From Methylotenera sp. (GTDB taxonomy: Bacteria; Pseudomonadota; Gammaproteobacteria; Burkholderiales; Methylophilaceae), in contig JAVKLV010000001.1 of NCBI GenBank assembly GCA_031538905.1, forward strand, positions 7,737-71,736: 64,000 bases of DNA, read 5' to 3'. The stretch's first letter is position 1; the number at the start of each line of letters is the position of its first letter. The notes beneath the pieces were generated by a model. That model saw nothing but the letters and a program-made list of their open reading frames with translations. It did no database searches and was not told where the DNA came from. The position numbers and the translations under genes are program-made. Positions 19,606 to 30,444 of the stretch are shown one piece after another.

Positions 19606-21153
19606 TTACTTTGTTTTACGCCGGCTTGCCAAAAAATTGGCTAAAGATATAACGGTAAGCCCCATGATGCTGATAGCTAGAAATAAGTGATTGCCCCAGC
19701 GCACAAAAGGCGTGCTGCCAATATAGCCTTGTGCCACGCCATTTAACGTGGTTCTGATAAAGCGTGGCGCTTCGGCGAGTACTTTTCCGTGGGGGTCAAT
19801 AATGGCTGTCACGCCAGTATTGGTTGCACGAAGCACGGTGCGCCCTGTTTCTAGGGCGCGTGCTTGTGAAAATTGCAAGTGCTGATATGAGGCAAAAGAT
19901 GTGCCATACCATGCGTCATTGCTGACATTGACCAATAGCGTCGCATTGGGTAATTGCCTAATAATCTCCTCGCCAAATACGTCTTCATAGCAAATGTTCA
20001 TGGCTACCTTTTCACCTGCAATACTCATGGCTTGTTGATGAATACTGCCGCGTGATAAGTCACTGAGGGGCATATTAAGTAAATCGCGATAAACCCAAGC
20101 AAAGGCGGTTTTTAATGGAATAAATTCACCAAAAGGCACAAGATGAGATTTGCGGTAGGCTTGCGTTGCAGCTTCGCTGATATTGAGCAGGCTATTAAAG
20201 TACGCGCCATTTTCTTGCTCAATAGCGCCCACTAAAATGTGGCCTTGATTGCGTTTTGATATTTGTTGCAGCTCGCTGGTAAGCGCTTGAGGGAACTCGC
20301 TCGAGAGTACGGGCATGGCTGTTTCTGGCATGATAATGAGCTGTGCTTGAGAAGCTTTTGTCATGGTGAGGTATTGATTTATGGTGTGTTCAGATATTTC
20401 TGGATTCCACTTTAAATCTTGGGTGATATTGCCTTGTAATAAAGCAACCGTTATGGGGTTTGCGCTTGTGGTAGACCACGCCACTTCTTTTAAAAGGGAA
20501 GCCGTCACAAAAATAAGCAATAAGCTCGCAATGCTATTACGCTTAAAAGTCATTGATACTGATTTTTTAGCAAGCCAATAACCGATAATGCTGGCGATTA
20601 AAACTGTGAGTGTAGAAACGCCATAAATGCCAGTCATTGGCACATAAGCGGCTAATGGGCTGTTAGGAACTTGGCTATACCCCATTGTGAGCCATGGAAA
20701 GCCAGTAAAAATCCAGCTACGTGTCCAGTCAGCCAGACCCCAAAATAGGGCAATGCTGATGATGAGCTGCGTTGAGTGTGGCCTTGAAATTTTAACGCTC
20801 AGCACACCTACAAGCCCAGTAAATAAAGCCATAAATGCAGACAAGATAAAAGTTGCGAGAGCGGCTAATGGGCTTGGCATATTGCCAAAATCATGCAGGC
20901 TGATATATATCCAATATATTCCAGTGCAAAAAAGCCCAAGCCCGTAAATAAAGCCGATAAGCGCGGCTTGTTTTGGGGTGCGGTTTTGATGCCAGAAGTA
21001 GCATAAACCGATGAGTGATAAAAAGCTTGCAGGGTAACAATAAAAAGGCGCAAAGCCAAAAACGCACAAGGCCCCCAGTAAAAATATCAATACATATTGA
21101 GCGTGCTCTTGAATAACGTTAATCTTCAACATGCTGCGCTGGCAATACTTCAA
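19606..21153 (-). CDS. lnt: apolipoprotein N-acyltransferase
   Basis: 515 aa with a polytopic N-terminus and a C-terminal CN-hydrolase domain (HLVPFGEFIPL, ICYEDVFG, VSNDAWYG). The start is uncertain (21153 or the ATG at 21132). Both overlap the end of corC. Confidence 0.9.
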   Translation of the reverse strand: MKYCQRSMLKINVIQEHAQYVLIFLLGALCVFGFAPFYCYPASFLSLIGLCYFWHQNRTPKQAALIGFIYGLGLFCTGIYWIYISLHDFGNMPSPLAALATFILSAFMALFTGLVGVLSVKISRPHSTQLIISIALFWGLADWTRSWIFTGFPWLTMGYSQVPNSPLAAYVPMTGIYGVSTLTVLIASIIGYWLAKKSVSMTFKRNSIASLLLIFVTASLLKEVAWSTTSANPITVALLQGNITQDLKWNPEISEHTINQYLTMTKASQAQLIIMPETAMPVLSSEFPQALTSELQQISKRNQGHILVGAIEQENGAYFNSLLNISEAATQAYRKSHLVPFGEFIPLKTAFAWVYRDLLNMPLSDLSRGSIHQQAMSIAGEKVAMNICYEDVFGEEIIRQLPNATLLVNVSNDAWYGTSFASYQHLQFSQARALETGRTVLRATNTGVTAIIDPHGKVLAEAPRFIRTTLNGVAQGYIGSTPFVRWGNHLFLAISIMGLTVISLANFLASRRKTK

Positions 21154-21970
21154 CGATGAGGGAGTGCAGGCGGCGACTATCTGCGCGCAAGACTTTGAAT
21201 TTTAGTCCACTTAAGCTTGTTTCTTCGTCACGCTTGGGCAGGCGACCAAACTGATGAACAACCAGTCCGCCAATGGTTGAAAATTCTTCATTGCTTAGTT
21301 TTGTGCCGAGAGCTTCATTAAAATCGCTGATTTCAGTGAGCGCTTTAACACGATAATGACCCTCAGCATTTTGAATGATATTGTCTTCGTCTTCGTCGTA
21401 ATCATATTCATCTTCAATGTCGCCGACAATTTGCTCTAGCACATCTTCAATGGTTACCATGCCCGCCACGCCGCCGTATTCATCAACCACAATGGCAATG
21501 TGGTTGCGGTTACTGCGAAACTCTTTTAAAAGTACATTTAAGCGTTTGGATTCAGGAATAAACACAGCAGGGCGGAGCATATCGCGCACTTCAAAGTCTT
21601 CACCAGCGTAGTAGCGCAGTAAATCTTTGGCAAGCAAAATGCCAATCACATTATTTTTATCATCTTCAATCACAGGAAAGCGTGAGTGCGCTGTTTCAAT
21701 CAGGTGGGGAATAAAAACTTCAGGAGGGTTAGAGATGTCAATCACATCCATTTGCGAGCGCGGAATCATGATGTCACGCACTTGCATTTCACTCACTTGC
21801 ATGACGCCTTCTATCATGGCAAGTGAGTCTGCATCGATTAAGTTGTTTTCATAAGCGCCATAGAGAAGCGTTACAAGCTGTTCTCTGTCTTCAGGTTCGC
21901 GGAGTAAAAAGTCACTTAATCGCTCTAATAAGCTGGTTTTGTTGCTAGGTTTTTCCGACTCTTCAGCCAT
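21119..21970 (-). CDS. corC: CBS-pair/CorC_HlyC domain magnesium/cobalt efflux-associated protein
   Basis: 283 aa with two CBS repeats and a C-terminal transporter-associated domain. It occupies the position of ybeX/corC between ybeY and lnt. Confidence 0.88.
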   Translation of the reverse strand: MAEESEKPSNKTSLLERLSDFLLREPEDREQLVTLLYGAYENNLIDADSLAMIEGVMQVSEMQVRDIMIPRSQMDVIDISNPPEVFIPHLIETAHSRFPVIEDDKNNVIGILLAKDLLRYYAGEDFEVRDMLRPAVFIPESKRLNVLLKEFRSNRNHIAIVVDEYGGVAGMVTIEDVLEQIVGDIEDEYDYDEDEDNIIQNAEGHYRVKALTEISDFNEALGTKLSNEEFSTIGGLVVHQFGRLPKRDEETSLSGLKFKVLRADSRRLHSLIVEVLPAQHVED

Positions 21971-21981
21971 TATTTGGCGTC

Positions 21982-22419
21982 CTATGTAATGAGATGGGGG
22001 TCAGCATACCCTAATTTGATGATAATTGCAGTCTCTAAACCTTCCATTAGCTCTGCCTCTGGTTCGCTTTCATGGTCATAACCATGCAAATGTAAAATGC
22101 CATGAACGGCTAAATGCGCATAATGCGCTTCGAGTGATTTTTGTTGTGCAATCGCTTCAGCCGCAACGATGGGGGCGCAAATGACAATGTCGCCTAATAA
22201 GTGCGGCTCGTCAGTAATAAAAAATGTGAGCACATTGGTCGCATAATCTTTAGCACGATACGCCTTGTTAAGCGCGCGACTTTCTTCTTCATCAACAAGT
22301 CGAATGGTGGCTTCAGTATTGACCCGAATAGCCGCCTTGCCCCATTTTTTAAATTGACCAAGACAAGGCAGTTGCGCTTGTGTTGAAGCAACTTGAAGGG
22401 TTAAAGAGAGTGTTGGCAT
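21982..22419 (-). CDS. ybeY: rRNA maturation endoribonuclease YbeY
   Basis: 145 aa with the zinc motif HGILHLHGYDH. Confidence 0.95.
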   Translation of the reverse strand: MPTLSLTLQVASTQAQLPCLGQFKKWGKAAIRVNTEATIRLVDEEESRALNKAYRAKDYATNVLTFFITDEPHLLGDIVICAPIVAAEAIAQQKSLEAHYAHLAVHGILHLHGYDHESEPEAELMEGLETAIIIKLGYADPHLIT

Positions 22420-22465
22420 AAATTGAATGAGATGAACTTAATTTGCTTAATTGAGCTGCATGGAT

Positions 22466-22882
22466 TTAATTTTCTTTTGTAGCTTCATTTTCATCATTGT
22501 ATGGAAAACGCACATGACCATAACGCAAAACCAGCACAGCCAATGAAATGAGCAAGATTGAGCCTGAAAGTGAAATCATTGTTTGAGCGTTTAAATCATG
22601 GATATCTAACACTAAAAATCGCGCTAAAGCGATGATGCCAATATAAAGTGGATAGCGCACTGGCAAGCTACCTGAGCTAAAGTAATGATTGAGCATTGAC
22701 ATCACTTCAAGGTAGAGAAATAGCAAGAGAATGTCGCCAACAGTAATATTGCGGGCGAGCCAAATATGGTAAATAGCCTGAAACACTGCAAAAATAGTGG
22801 AAATGGCAATTAAGATAAGCACCATTTGTCCAATAGCGCTAATCGCCCGCTGCATGAGCTGACTGTATGGATTAGAGTTCAT
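22466..22882 (-). CDS. psiE: PsiE-family (phosphate-starvation-inducible protein E) membrane protein
   Basis: 138 aa with four hydrophobic helices. The segment SSGSLPVRYPLYIGIIALARFLVLD parallels the E. coli PsiE core [26 protein letters not shown] (from memory). Confidence 0.72.
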   Translation of the reverse strand: MNSNPYSQLMQRAISAIGQMVLILIAISTIFAVFQAIYHIWLARNITVGDILLLFLYLEVMSMLNHYFSSGSLPVRYPLYIGIIALARFLVLDIHDLNAQTMISLSGSILLISLAVLVLRYGHVRFPYNDENEATKEN

Positions 22883-23023
22883 TTTGCTTAAAGCTCCCCA
22901 TTATTTTATTGATTGCATGGTAAATTTTTGATGATTTTAAAATAGTGTCACGCGCAATTGAGCACAATATATTTTTGCAATAAATTGAGCGCATGACTTT
23001 TTTAATGCTAATGGCAACTTAAA

Positions 23024-23989
23024 TTAAGGCTCATTTTTTGAATGAGACAGCTCGTAAGATTCATACGCATTGACAATTTTTTGCACCAATGGATGACGCA
23101 CCACATCGGCAGATAAAAAATGAGTCATGGAAATGCCTTTAATGTCTTTAAGGATTTTTTGTGCCTCAACCAAGCCGCTTTTTTGATGGCGCTGTAAGTC
23201 AATTTGTGTCACGTCGCCTGTAATGACAGCTTTTGTGCCAAAACCGATGCGGGTTAAAAACATTTTCATTTGTTCTGGTGTTGTGTTTTGCGCTTCATCT
23301 AAAATAATAAAGCTTTGATTAAGCGTGCGCCCCCGCATATAAGCCAGTGGCGCCACTTCAATCGCACCGCGTTCAAACATTTTATTCACGGTATCGTAAC
23401 CAGCTAAGTCGTAAAGTGCGTCGTATAGTGGGCGTAAATAAGGGTCAACTTTTTGGTTTAAATCACCTGGTAGAAAGCCCAAGCGTTCGCCAGCCTCAAC
23501 TGCGGGTCGCACCAGTACAATTCTTTTGACACGGTCACGTGCCATCGCATCTACTGCGCTGGCAACTGCTAGGTAGGTTTTGCCTGTGCCAGCAGGGCCA
23601 ATGCCAAAGCTAATGTCGTGATCTTGAATTTGCTGTAAATACTGCACTTGGCGAGGCGTACGCCCTTGCAACTTGCCGCTACGCGTCATGAGTAGAGGCG
23701 TGGCCGAGCTTGCAATATCTTCAGGTTTGAGTCTATCTATTTCAACTAAGCCAAGCTGAATCTCTTCAAGGCCAATCGGGTTTTTGGCACGCAGGTAAAA
23801 ATTTTCAAGTAATTGAGCGGCCAAGCGACTGTTATGAAGCTTGCCCGTGAATTTAAAATGCGCGCCACGACGTGTAATATCAATATCTAGCGCATCTTCT
23901 ATTTGCTTGATATTTTCATCTAATGCACCACATAAATTAGCAAGATATAAATTATCTTCTGGGGTTAGGGTGATTTCCATATTACACAA
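23024..23989 (-). CDS. ybeZ: PhoH-like ATPase (YbeZ)
   Basis: 321 aa with the Walker A motif [12 protein letters not shown] and Walker [10 protein letters not shown]. It sits directly downstream of miaB, as ybeZ does in E. coli. The start is 23989 or the ATG at 23980. Confidence 0.9.
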   Translation of the reverse strand: MCNMEITLTPEDNLYLANLCGALDENIKQIEDALDIDITRRGAHFKFTGKLHNSRLAAQLLENFYLRAKNPIGLEEIQLGLVEIDRLKPEDIASSATPLLMTRSGKLQGRTPRQVQYLQQIQDHDISFGIGPAGTGKTYLAVASAVDAMARDRVKRIVLVRPAVEAGERLGFLPGDLNQKVDPYLRPLYDALYDLAGYDTVNKMFERGAIEVAPLAYMRGRTLNQSFIILDEAQNTTPEQMKMFLTRIGFGTKAVITGDVTQIDLQRHQKSGLVEAQKILKDIKGISMTHFLSADVVRHPLVQKIVNAYESYELSHSKNEP

Positions 23990-25304
23990 TGCTGCCTATT
24001 AAACGACGTGGGTTAGATACGTCGGTGATTTTTACATGAACAAATTGATGAATTAAATCTGCTTCTCCAGCAATATCAACAACACGATTATTATCGGTTT
24101 TTCCTGCCAATAAGTGCTTGTTTTTCCAAGATTTACCTTCAATCAAAACGCGTTGAACGCTGCCTAGCATGGCGTCAGAAATGGCCTTGGCTTGAGCTTC
24201 GTTGATTGCTTGTAATTGAGCTAAGCGGGCGAGCTTTACTTCTTCAGGCGTGTTGTCTTGTAAAAAAGATGCCGGTGTGCCAGGGCGTGGGCTGTATAAA
24301 AAGCTAAAGCTGGTATCAAAGCCAACATCTTGCATCAATTTGACTGTGGCTTCAAAATCAGCCTCTGTTTCGCCTGGAAAGCCCACAATAAAGTCTGAAG
24401 TGAAGGTTAAATTTGGGTTGGCAGCACGTAATTTACGAATCGTTGACTTAAATTGCAGCCCTGTGTAGTTACGTTTCATTGCCATCAAAATGCGGTCACT
24501 GCCAGCTTGAACAGGCAAATGCAACTGACTAGCTAATTTTGCTACGCTTGCAAAACAGTGAATGAGTCGCTCGCTCATTTCGTTTGGGTGGCTTGTGGTA
24601 AAACGAATGCGTTCAATTTGTGGAATTTCGGCAATGGTTTCAATGAGCATGGCCAAGTCAGCTTCTACGCCTTCATACTCTTTGTGATAAGCATTGACGT
24701 TTTGCCCAAGCAAGGTAATTTCTTTTACGCCTTGCTCGGCAAGGTGCATGGCTTCAGCCACAATATCTTCAAATGGGCGAGAGACCTCTTCGCCGCGCGT
24801 ATAAGGTACAACGCAAAAGCTACAATACTTGCTACAGCCTTCCATAATGCTTAAGAAAGCGCTCGCCCCTTCAATGCGAGGTAGTGGCAAATGATCAAAT
24901 TTTTCTACCTCAGGAAAGCGAATATCGACTTGCGCGCGACCGCTTGCTTGACTTTCTTTAATAAGATCAGGTAAGCGGTGCAGGGTTTGCGGGCCAAATA
25001 CCACATCAACATAAGGCGCACGTTTGATAATGTTGTCGCCTTCTTGAGAGGCAACACAGCCGCCCACGCCAATCACCAAGTTTGGATTAGCCTTTTTAAG
25101 TGGGATAAACCGCCCTAAATGGCTAAATACTTTATCCTCGGCTTTTTCACGTACAGAGCAGGTGTTGAGTAAAATTACATCAGCATCTTCAGGCGTGTGC
25201 GTTTCAACCATGCCATCGCTAGAGGCTAGCATATCTGCCATGCGTGAAGAGTCATACTCATTCATTTGGCAGCCAAAGGTTTTAATAAATACTTTTTTTT
25301 GCAT
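23982..25304 (-). CDS. miaB: tRNA-2-methylthio-N6-dimethylallyladenosine synthase
   Basis: 440 aa with an N-terminal UPF0004 Cys triad (FGCQMN…NTCSVRE…GGCVA), a radical-SAM CSKYCSFC motif, and a C-terminal TRAM domain. Confidence 0.95.
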   Translation of the reverse strand: MQKKVFIKTFGCQMNEYDSSRMADMLASSDGMVETHTPEDADVILLNTCSVREKAEDKVFSHLGRFIPLKKANPNLVIGVGGCVASQEGDNIIKRAPYVDVVFGPQTLHRLPDLIKESQASGRAQVDIRFPEVEKFDHLPLPRIEGASAFLSIMEGCSKYCSFCVVPYTRGEEVSRPFEDIVAEAMHLAEQGVKEITLLGQNVNAYHKEYEGVEADLAMLIETIAEIPQIERIRFTTSHPNEMSERLIHCFASVAKLASQLHLPVQAGSDRILMAMKRNYTGLQFKSTIRKLRAANPNLTFTSDFIVGFPGETEADFEATVKLMQDVGFDTSFSFLYSPRPGTPASFLQDNTPEEVKLARLAQLQAINEAQAKAISDAMLGSVQRVLIEGKSWKNKHLLAGKTDNNRVVDIAGEADLIHQFVHVKITDVSNPRRLIGSIV

Positions 25305-25478
25305 TGTGGTGGCGGTGCGCGCGGGGTTTATTTTTTCTTTTAAGGATATGAATGAGAGCGTGTCGATTGATCAGGCATGAAATTGATAAAACATGATTTT
25401 AGCGCATTTGACCATTTGCATCACGCAAACTTGCTTGTAGCAAGGTAAAATAAACATAAATCAATCAATCAACATCAA

Positions 25479-26888
25479 ATGCAAGCACTGCCCATTTTCA
25501 TAAATATCACCAAGCGTTGCTGTGTTGTTGTTGGCGGCGGCGATGTAGCTGCGCGCAAAGTGAGCTTGTTGTTAAAGGCGCATGCAGCAGTGACAATTTA
25601 TTCGCCAGTGCTTTGTCATGAGCTCACCTCTTTGGTAGAAGCCAATAAAATAAGCCATGTGAGCGCTCATTTTGAGCCTTCTCAATTAAATGGGGCTTGT
25701 TTGGTGATTGCCGCAACAGATGATGAGTCGGTGAATGTAGCGGTTTCATTGGCAGCAAAAGCGCACAATATACCGGTGAATGTGGTTGATTCCCCTCATT
25801 TATGTACATTTACAATGGCCTCTATTGTAGAGCGCGCCCCTATTGTTATCGCAATTTCTAGCGAAGGTAACGCCCCTGTATTAGCCCGCTATATTCGCGC
25901 TAAAATTGAAACGATGTTGCCCTCTGGTTATGGCAAAATCGCTGAAATTGCGGGTGAATTTAGAGCAAAAGTGAAAGAAAAATTTGCCACAACGCAGCAG
26001 CGCCGTATCTTTTGGGAGGGTGTGTTGCAAGGCCCGATTGTAGAGCGCATTTTGTCAGGGCAAGAAGCCGCCGCGAGAAAAGCATTAGACGATTTACTTT
26101 CTGAAGCCTCTGATTTAAAACAACATGGCGAAGTGTATTTGGTGGGTGGTGGACCAGGAGACCCTGATTTATTGACTTTTAGAGCGCTTCGCCTCATGCA
26201 GCAATGTGATGTGTGTGTTTACGATAAGTTAGTGAGCCCAGAAGTAATGGAGCTCGTGCGCCGTGATGCTGAGCTCATTTATGTCGGAAAGGCGCGCGAT
26301 CAACACACCTTGCCGCAAGAAGAAATCAACGATTTACTTGCCAAACTTGCCTTGCAAGGCAAGCGGGTGTTGCGTTTAAAGGGAGGAGACCCTTTTATTT
26401 TTGGGCGTGGCGGAGAAGAAATTCAAACGCTCATGCAAAAAGGCGTGCCGTTTCAAGTTGTGCCTGGCGTCACGGCGGCCAATGGCGTTTCTACTTATGC
26501 AGGCATTCCGCTGACACATCGAGACTATGCGCAAGCTTGCTTGTTTATTACAGGGCATTTGAAAGAGGGGACGGTAGATTTAGATTGGGTGGCTATGTCG
26601 CGCCCTCGTCAAACCGTGGTGATTTATATGGGCTTAGCCGGCATGGATACAATATGCGAGCAGCTCATAAGGCATGGCGTGTCGCCTGATATGCCTGCGG
26701 CAGTGGTTCAGCAGGGCACCACACAGCACCAGCGTGTTGTGACAGCCGCACTCAAAGACTTGGCCGCAAAAGTGAAAGAGGCGCAGATTAAAGCGCCATG
26801 TTTAACCATTATTGGCGAAGTGGTGAGTTTGCGCGATCAGCTAAATTGGTTTAATCCCAATGCTGACTTAATCCCATCGGAAACTTAA
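25479..26888 (+). CDS. cysG: siroheme synthase (precorrin-2 dehydrogenase/ferrochelatase + uroporphyrinogen-III C-methyltransferase)
   Basis: 469 aa. The N-terminal Rossmann segment is VVGGGDVAARK, and the C-terminal methyltransferase has VYLVGGGPGDPDLLT and GGDPFIFGRGGEE. Confidence 0.92.
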   Translation: MQALPIFINITKRCCVVVGGGDVAARKVSLLLKAHAAVTIYSPVLCHELTSLVEANKISHVSAHFEPSQLNGACLVIAATDDESVNVAVSLAAKAHNIPVNVVDSPHLCTFTMASIVERAPIVIAISSEGNAPVLARYIRAKIETMLPSGYGKIAEIAGEFRAKVKEKFATTQQRRIFWEGVLQGPIVERILSGQEAAARKALDDLLSEASDLKQHGEVYLVGGGPGDPDLLTFRALRLMQQCDVCVYDKLVSPEVMELVRRDAELIYVGKARDQHTLPQEEINDLLAKLALQGKRVLRLKGGDPFIFGRGGEEIQTLMQKGVPFQVVPGVTAANGVSTYAGIPLTHRDYAQACLFITGHLKEGTVDLDWVAMSRPRQTVVIYMGLAGMDTICEQLIRHGVSPDMPAAVVQQGTTQHQRVVTAALKDLAAKVKEAQIKAPCLTIIGEVVSLRDQLNWFNPNADLIPSET

Positions 26889-26921
26889 GCCCAGCGGAGA
26901 TTGCTACTAACTCAAGTATGC

Positions 26922-26953
26922 ATGAGTGGTGCTTGGCATTAAGCATAACTCAT
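26922..26953 (+). terminator. nested hairpin downstream of cysG (possible terminator)
   Basis: ATGAGT-gg-TGCTT-ggcatt-AAGCA-ta-ACTCAT gives 11 paired bases with an internal loop. It is followed only by TTAAATT, a weak U-tract. Confidence 0.3.
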
Positions 26954-27020
26954 TTAAATTACCGCTTAGATTTCATGGAAATACGTATTGGAAAGAGTTT
27001 AATTTAAAGTGCATAATATA

Positions 27021-27072
27021 CCCGAGAGTCTTTGAATGTCCCGAGAGTCTTTGAATGAAAGCTCTTGAATGT
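27021..27072 (+). repeat. 19-bp tandem direct repeat (2 near-perfect copies + degenerate third) upstream of catalase-like gene
   Basis: CCCGAGAGTCTTTGAATGT (27021-27039) and CCCGAGAGTCTTTGAATGA (27040-27058) are followed by a partial copy, AAGCTCTTGAATGT. Confidence 0.9.
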
Positions 27073-27126
27073 AAAGCTATTCAGTCAGTAATTATAATTT
27101 TAGATATATTTAAATTAAAGGAATGT

Positions 27127-28140
27127 ATGATGCAAAAACTCAAACACACGCTTTCGCTAGCAGGCTTCACATTTTTAGCAACCTTAAGTGGATGTGCTAC
27201 TCATGTCAATCCAGAACCTGTTCATCCCGCAAAAGTTGACACCAGCGGCGCTGGCTTGGTTCATGCTTTAAATGGCACTTTCGGCGTACACGAACATATG
27301 CGCGCATCTCATGCTAAAGGCTTTTGTGCCGCAGGAGAATTTGTACCTACACCGCACGCAGCTGAACTATCTGCATCACCGATGTTTAAGCAGGCAACTT
27401 TACCCGCGAATATTCGCTTTTCAATCGGCGGTGGTAATCCAAAAGCCTCAGATAAAAGTCGTAGTATCCGTGGTATGAGCGCGAGCATTAGGAGTGGAGA
27501 TCAAAGATACGACCTTGTGTTGATTTCAGAGCCGGTATTTTTTGCCTCAACCTTAGCGTCATTTGTAGGCTTTTTAGAGGCACGTGTTGCTGATCCAGCA
27601 ACAAAAAAACCTGATCCAGAAAAAGTAAAAGCACATAATCATCATTATCCAGAAGCTAAATTGCAGGGAGCTTTGGTTGGCTCTCATCCAGCACCAGCTT
27701 CTTATGTGACTACCCCTTACTATAGCACCAATGCTTTTAAATTTACCAATGAAGCGCATCACTCACAATTTGCACGTATTGTGGTTGAGCCTGTGAAAGG
27801 AAAATATTATTTAACCGAAGAGCAAGAGCATAGTTTTGCAGATAGCTTCTTAGAAGATGAGTTGAAAGCTCGTTTGGATAAAGCGCCCGCAGAATTTACA
27901 GTGTTTGCACAGTTGCCAGGTCAAGGTGATTCAGTTGTTAATCCTGCAACAATTTGGCCTGAAGACAGACCCCGTATAGAGCTTGGTAAGTTGATTGTAA
28001 AAAACAATGCTGCACAAGCTTGTGACAACGAAGTGTATGTGCCAACTAATTTACCAAAAGGCATTGAGCCAAGTGATGACCCGATTTTAAAAGCCAGAGC
28101 AGAAGCGTATGCGGTTTCTAAGGCTAAAAGAAGTCATTAG
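27127..28140 (+). CDS. catalase-family (catalase-related peroxidase-like) haem lipoprotein
   Basis: I place the start at the ATG at 27127 (AAGGA RBS just upstream), giving MMQKLKHTLSLAGFTFLATLSGC with an L-S-G-C lipobox. It has a distal-His motif (MRASHAKGFCAAGEF) and a proximal-Tyr motif (DPILKARAEAYAVS). The mature protein is about 315 aa, much shorter than canonical catalases. Confidence 0.75.
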   Translation: MMQKLKHTLSLAGFTFLATLSGCATHVNPEPVHPAKVDTSGAGLVHALNGTFGVHEHMRASHAKGFCAAGEFVPTPHAAELSASPMFKQATLPANIRFSIGGGNPKASDKSRSIRGMSASIRSGDQRYDLVLISEPVFFASTLASFVGFLEARVADPATKKPDPEKVKAHNHHYPEAKLQGALVGSHPAPASYVTTPYYSTNAFKFTNEAHHSQFARIVVEPVKGKYYLTEEQEHSFADSFLEDELKARLDKAPAEFTVFAQLPGQGDSVVNPATIWPEDRPRIELGKLIVKNNAAQACDNEVYVPTNLPKGIEPSDDPILKARAEAYAVSKAKRSH

Positions 28141-28146
28141 TCAATT

Positions 28147-28179
28147 TTGCGCTTTGGTATTTTAAATATCAAAGCGCAA
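28147..28179. terminator. bidirectional intrinsic-terminator-like hairpin between convergent catalase-like gene and purB
   Basis: TTGCGCTTTGGTAT-TTTAA-ATATCAAAGCGCAA forms a stem of about 14 bp (one G·T pair) with a 5-nt loop, flanked by T/A-rich sequence on both sides. Confidence 0.7.
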
Positions 28180-28195
28180 TAGTAGTTATAGCGCT

Positions 28196-29596
<1,401 letters not shown>

Positions 29597-29778
29597 TTAG
29601 CAGAAGCATGGTTTATAGCAAATGCGCTTGCTTGCCATGAGTGCTTTTTTACAACTTAAGCGCCCTTGCAAAGGTATTAAAAAATTACTTCAAGTGGCAT
29701 TTTACCTGACTCATTTATCTCTATAGCGACTGATGATAAAAAATTTACTCTAAAACGTTGCTATCAAAGCATGATTCT

Positions 29779-30444
29779 TTACAGTGCTTTTATTTGATCT
29801 CTATTTAGCTCAAGTTGACCTTGCCAGCTCACTGCGCAGAGGCATGGTGCGTCGATGCGCTGTTGCAGGCTGGCTAAGTTTTCATTGAGCATGGCAAAGT
29901 TTGGATGAAGCGCATTGGCAACCCAATAAGCTAATTTTAAGCCACGGGCTTTGATGGCCTCGCTGGTTAAGAGCGCGTGGTTAATACAGCCTAAGCGCAT
30001 TCCAACCACCAATATCACTGGAATATCTAAAAGCGAAGCCAAATCTGCGAGTGTTTGTGTTTTATTAAGCGGCACATAAAAACCGCCCGCACCTTCAACC
30101 ACTACCACTTCAGCCATGCTTGCAAGCTGCTGATAAGCGTGTTTTATTTTGATAAGGTCAATTTCTATGCCCGCTTGTTTTGCAGCAATATGCGGTGCAA
30201 TAGCAGGGGCAAAGCGATAAGGATTGACAATCTCTAGCGGGGCATACACATTACTCGCCTTGATGAGCGCACTTGCATCGGCATTGATTAACTCATTGCT
30301 TTCATTAAAAGCACACCCCGATGCCACCGGCTTCATGCCCACTGCTTTGAGCCCTGAAGCAACAAAGTGATGAAGTAAGCTGCTTGCCACATAGGTTTTG
30401 CCTACATTCGTATCGGTGCCAATAATAAAATAAGAGGTGGTCAT
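29779..30444 (-). CDS. bioD: dethiobiotin synthase
   Basis: 221 aa with the P-loop GTDTNVGKT. It overlaps bioC by 4 nt. Confidence 0.92.
   Translation of the reverse strand: MTTSYFIIGTDTNVGKTYVASSLLHHFVASGLKAVGMKPVASGCAFNESNELINADASALIKASNVYAPLEIVNPYRFAPAIAPHIAAKQAGIEIDLIKIKHAYQQLASMAEVVVVEGAGGFYVPLNKTQTLADLASLLDIPVILVVGMRLGCINHALLTSEAIKARGLKLAYWVANALHPNFAMLNENLASLQQRIDAPCLCAVSWQGQLELNRDQIKAL

Noticed and set aside
22941-22960. A Pho box upstream of psiE (GTGTCAC resembles the CTGTCAT half-site).
   Set aside because: There is a single half-site only. It is in the wrong orientation relative to psiE, and no second 7-mer lies 11 bp away.
27055-27126. The N-terminal extension of the catalase-like ORF (MKALECKAIQSVIIILDIFKLKEC) as given by the ORF track.
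   Set aside because: The ATG lies inside copy 2 of the 19-bp tandem repeat, has no RBS, and would bury the lipoprotein signal peptide. The ATG at 27127 has an AAGGA RBS and yields a canonical signal plus lipobox.
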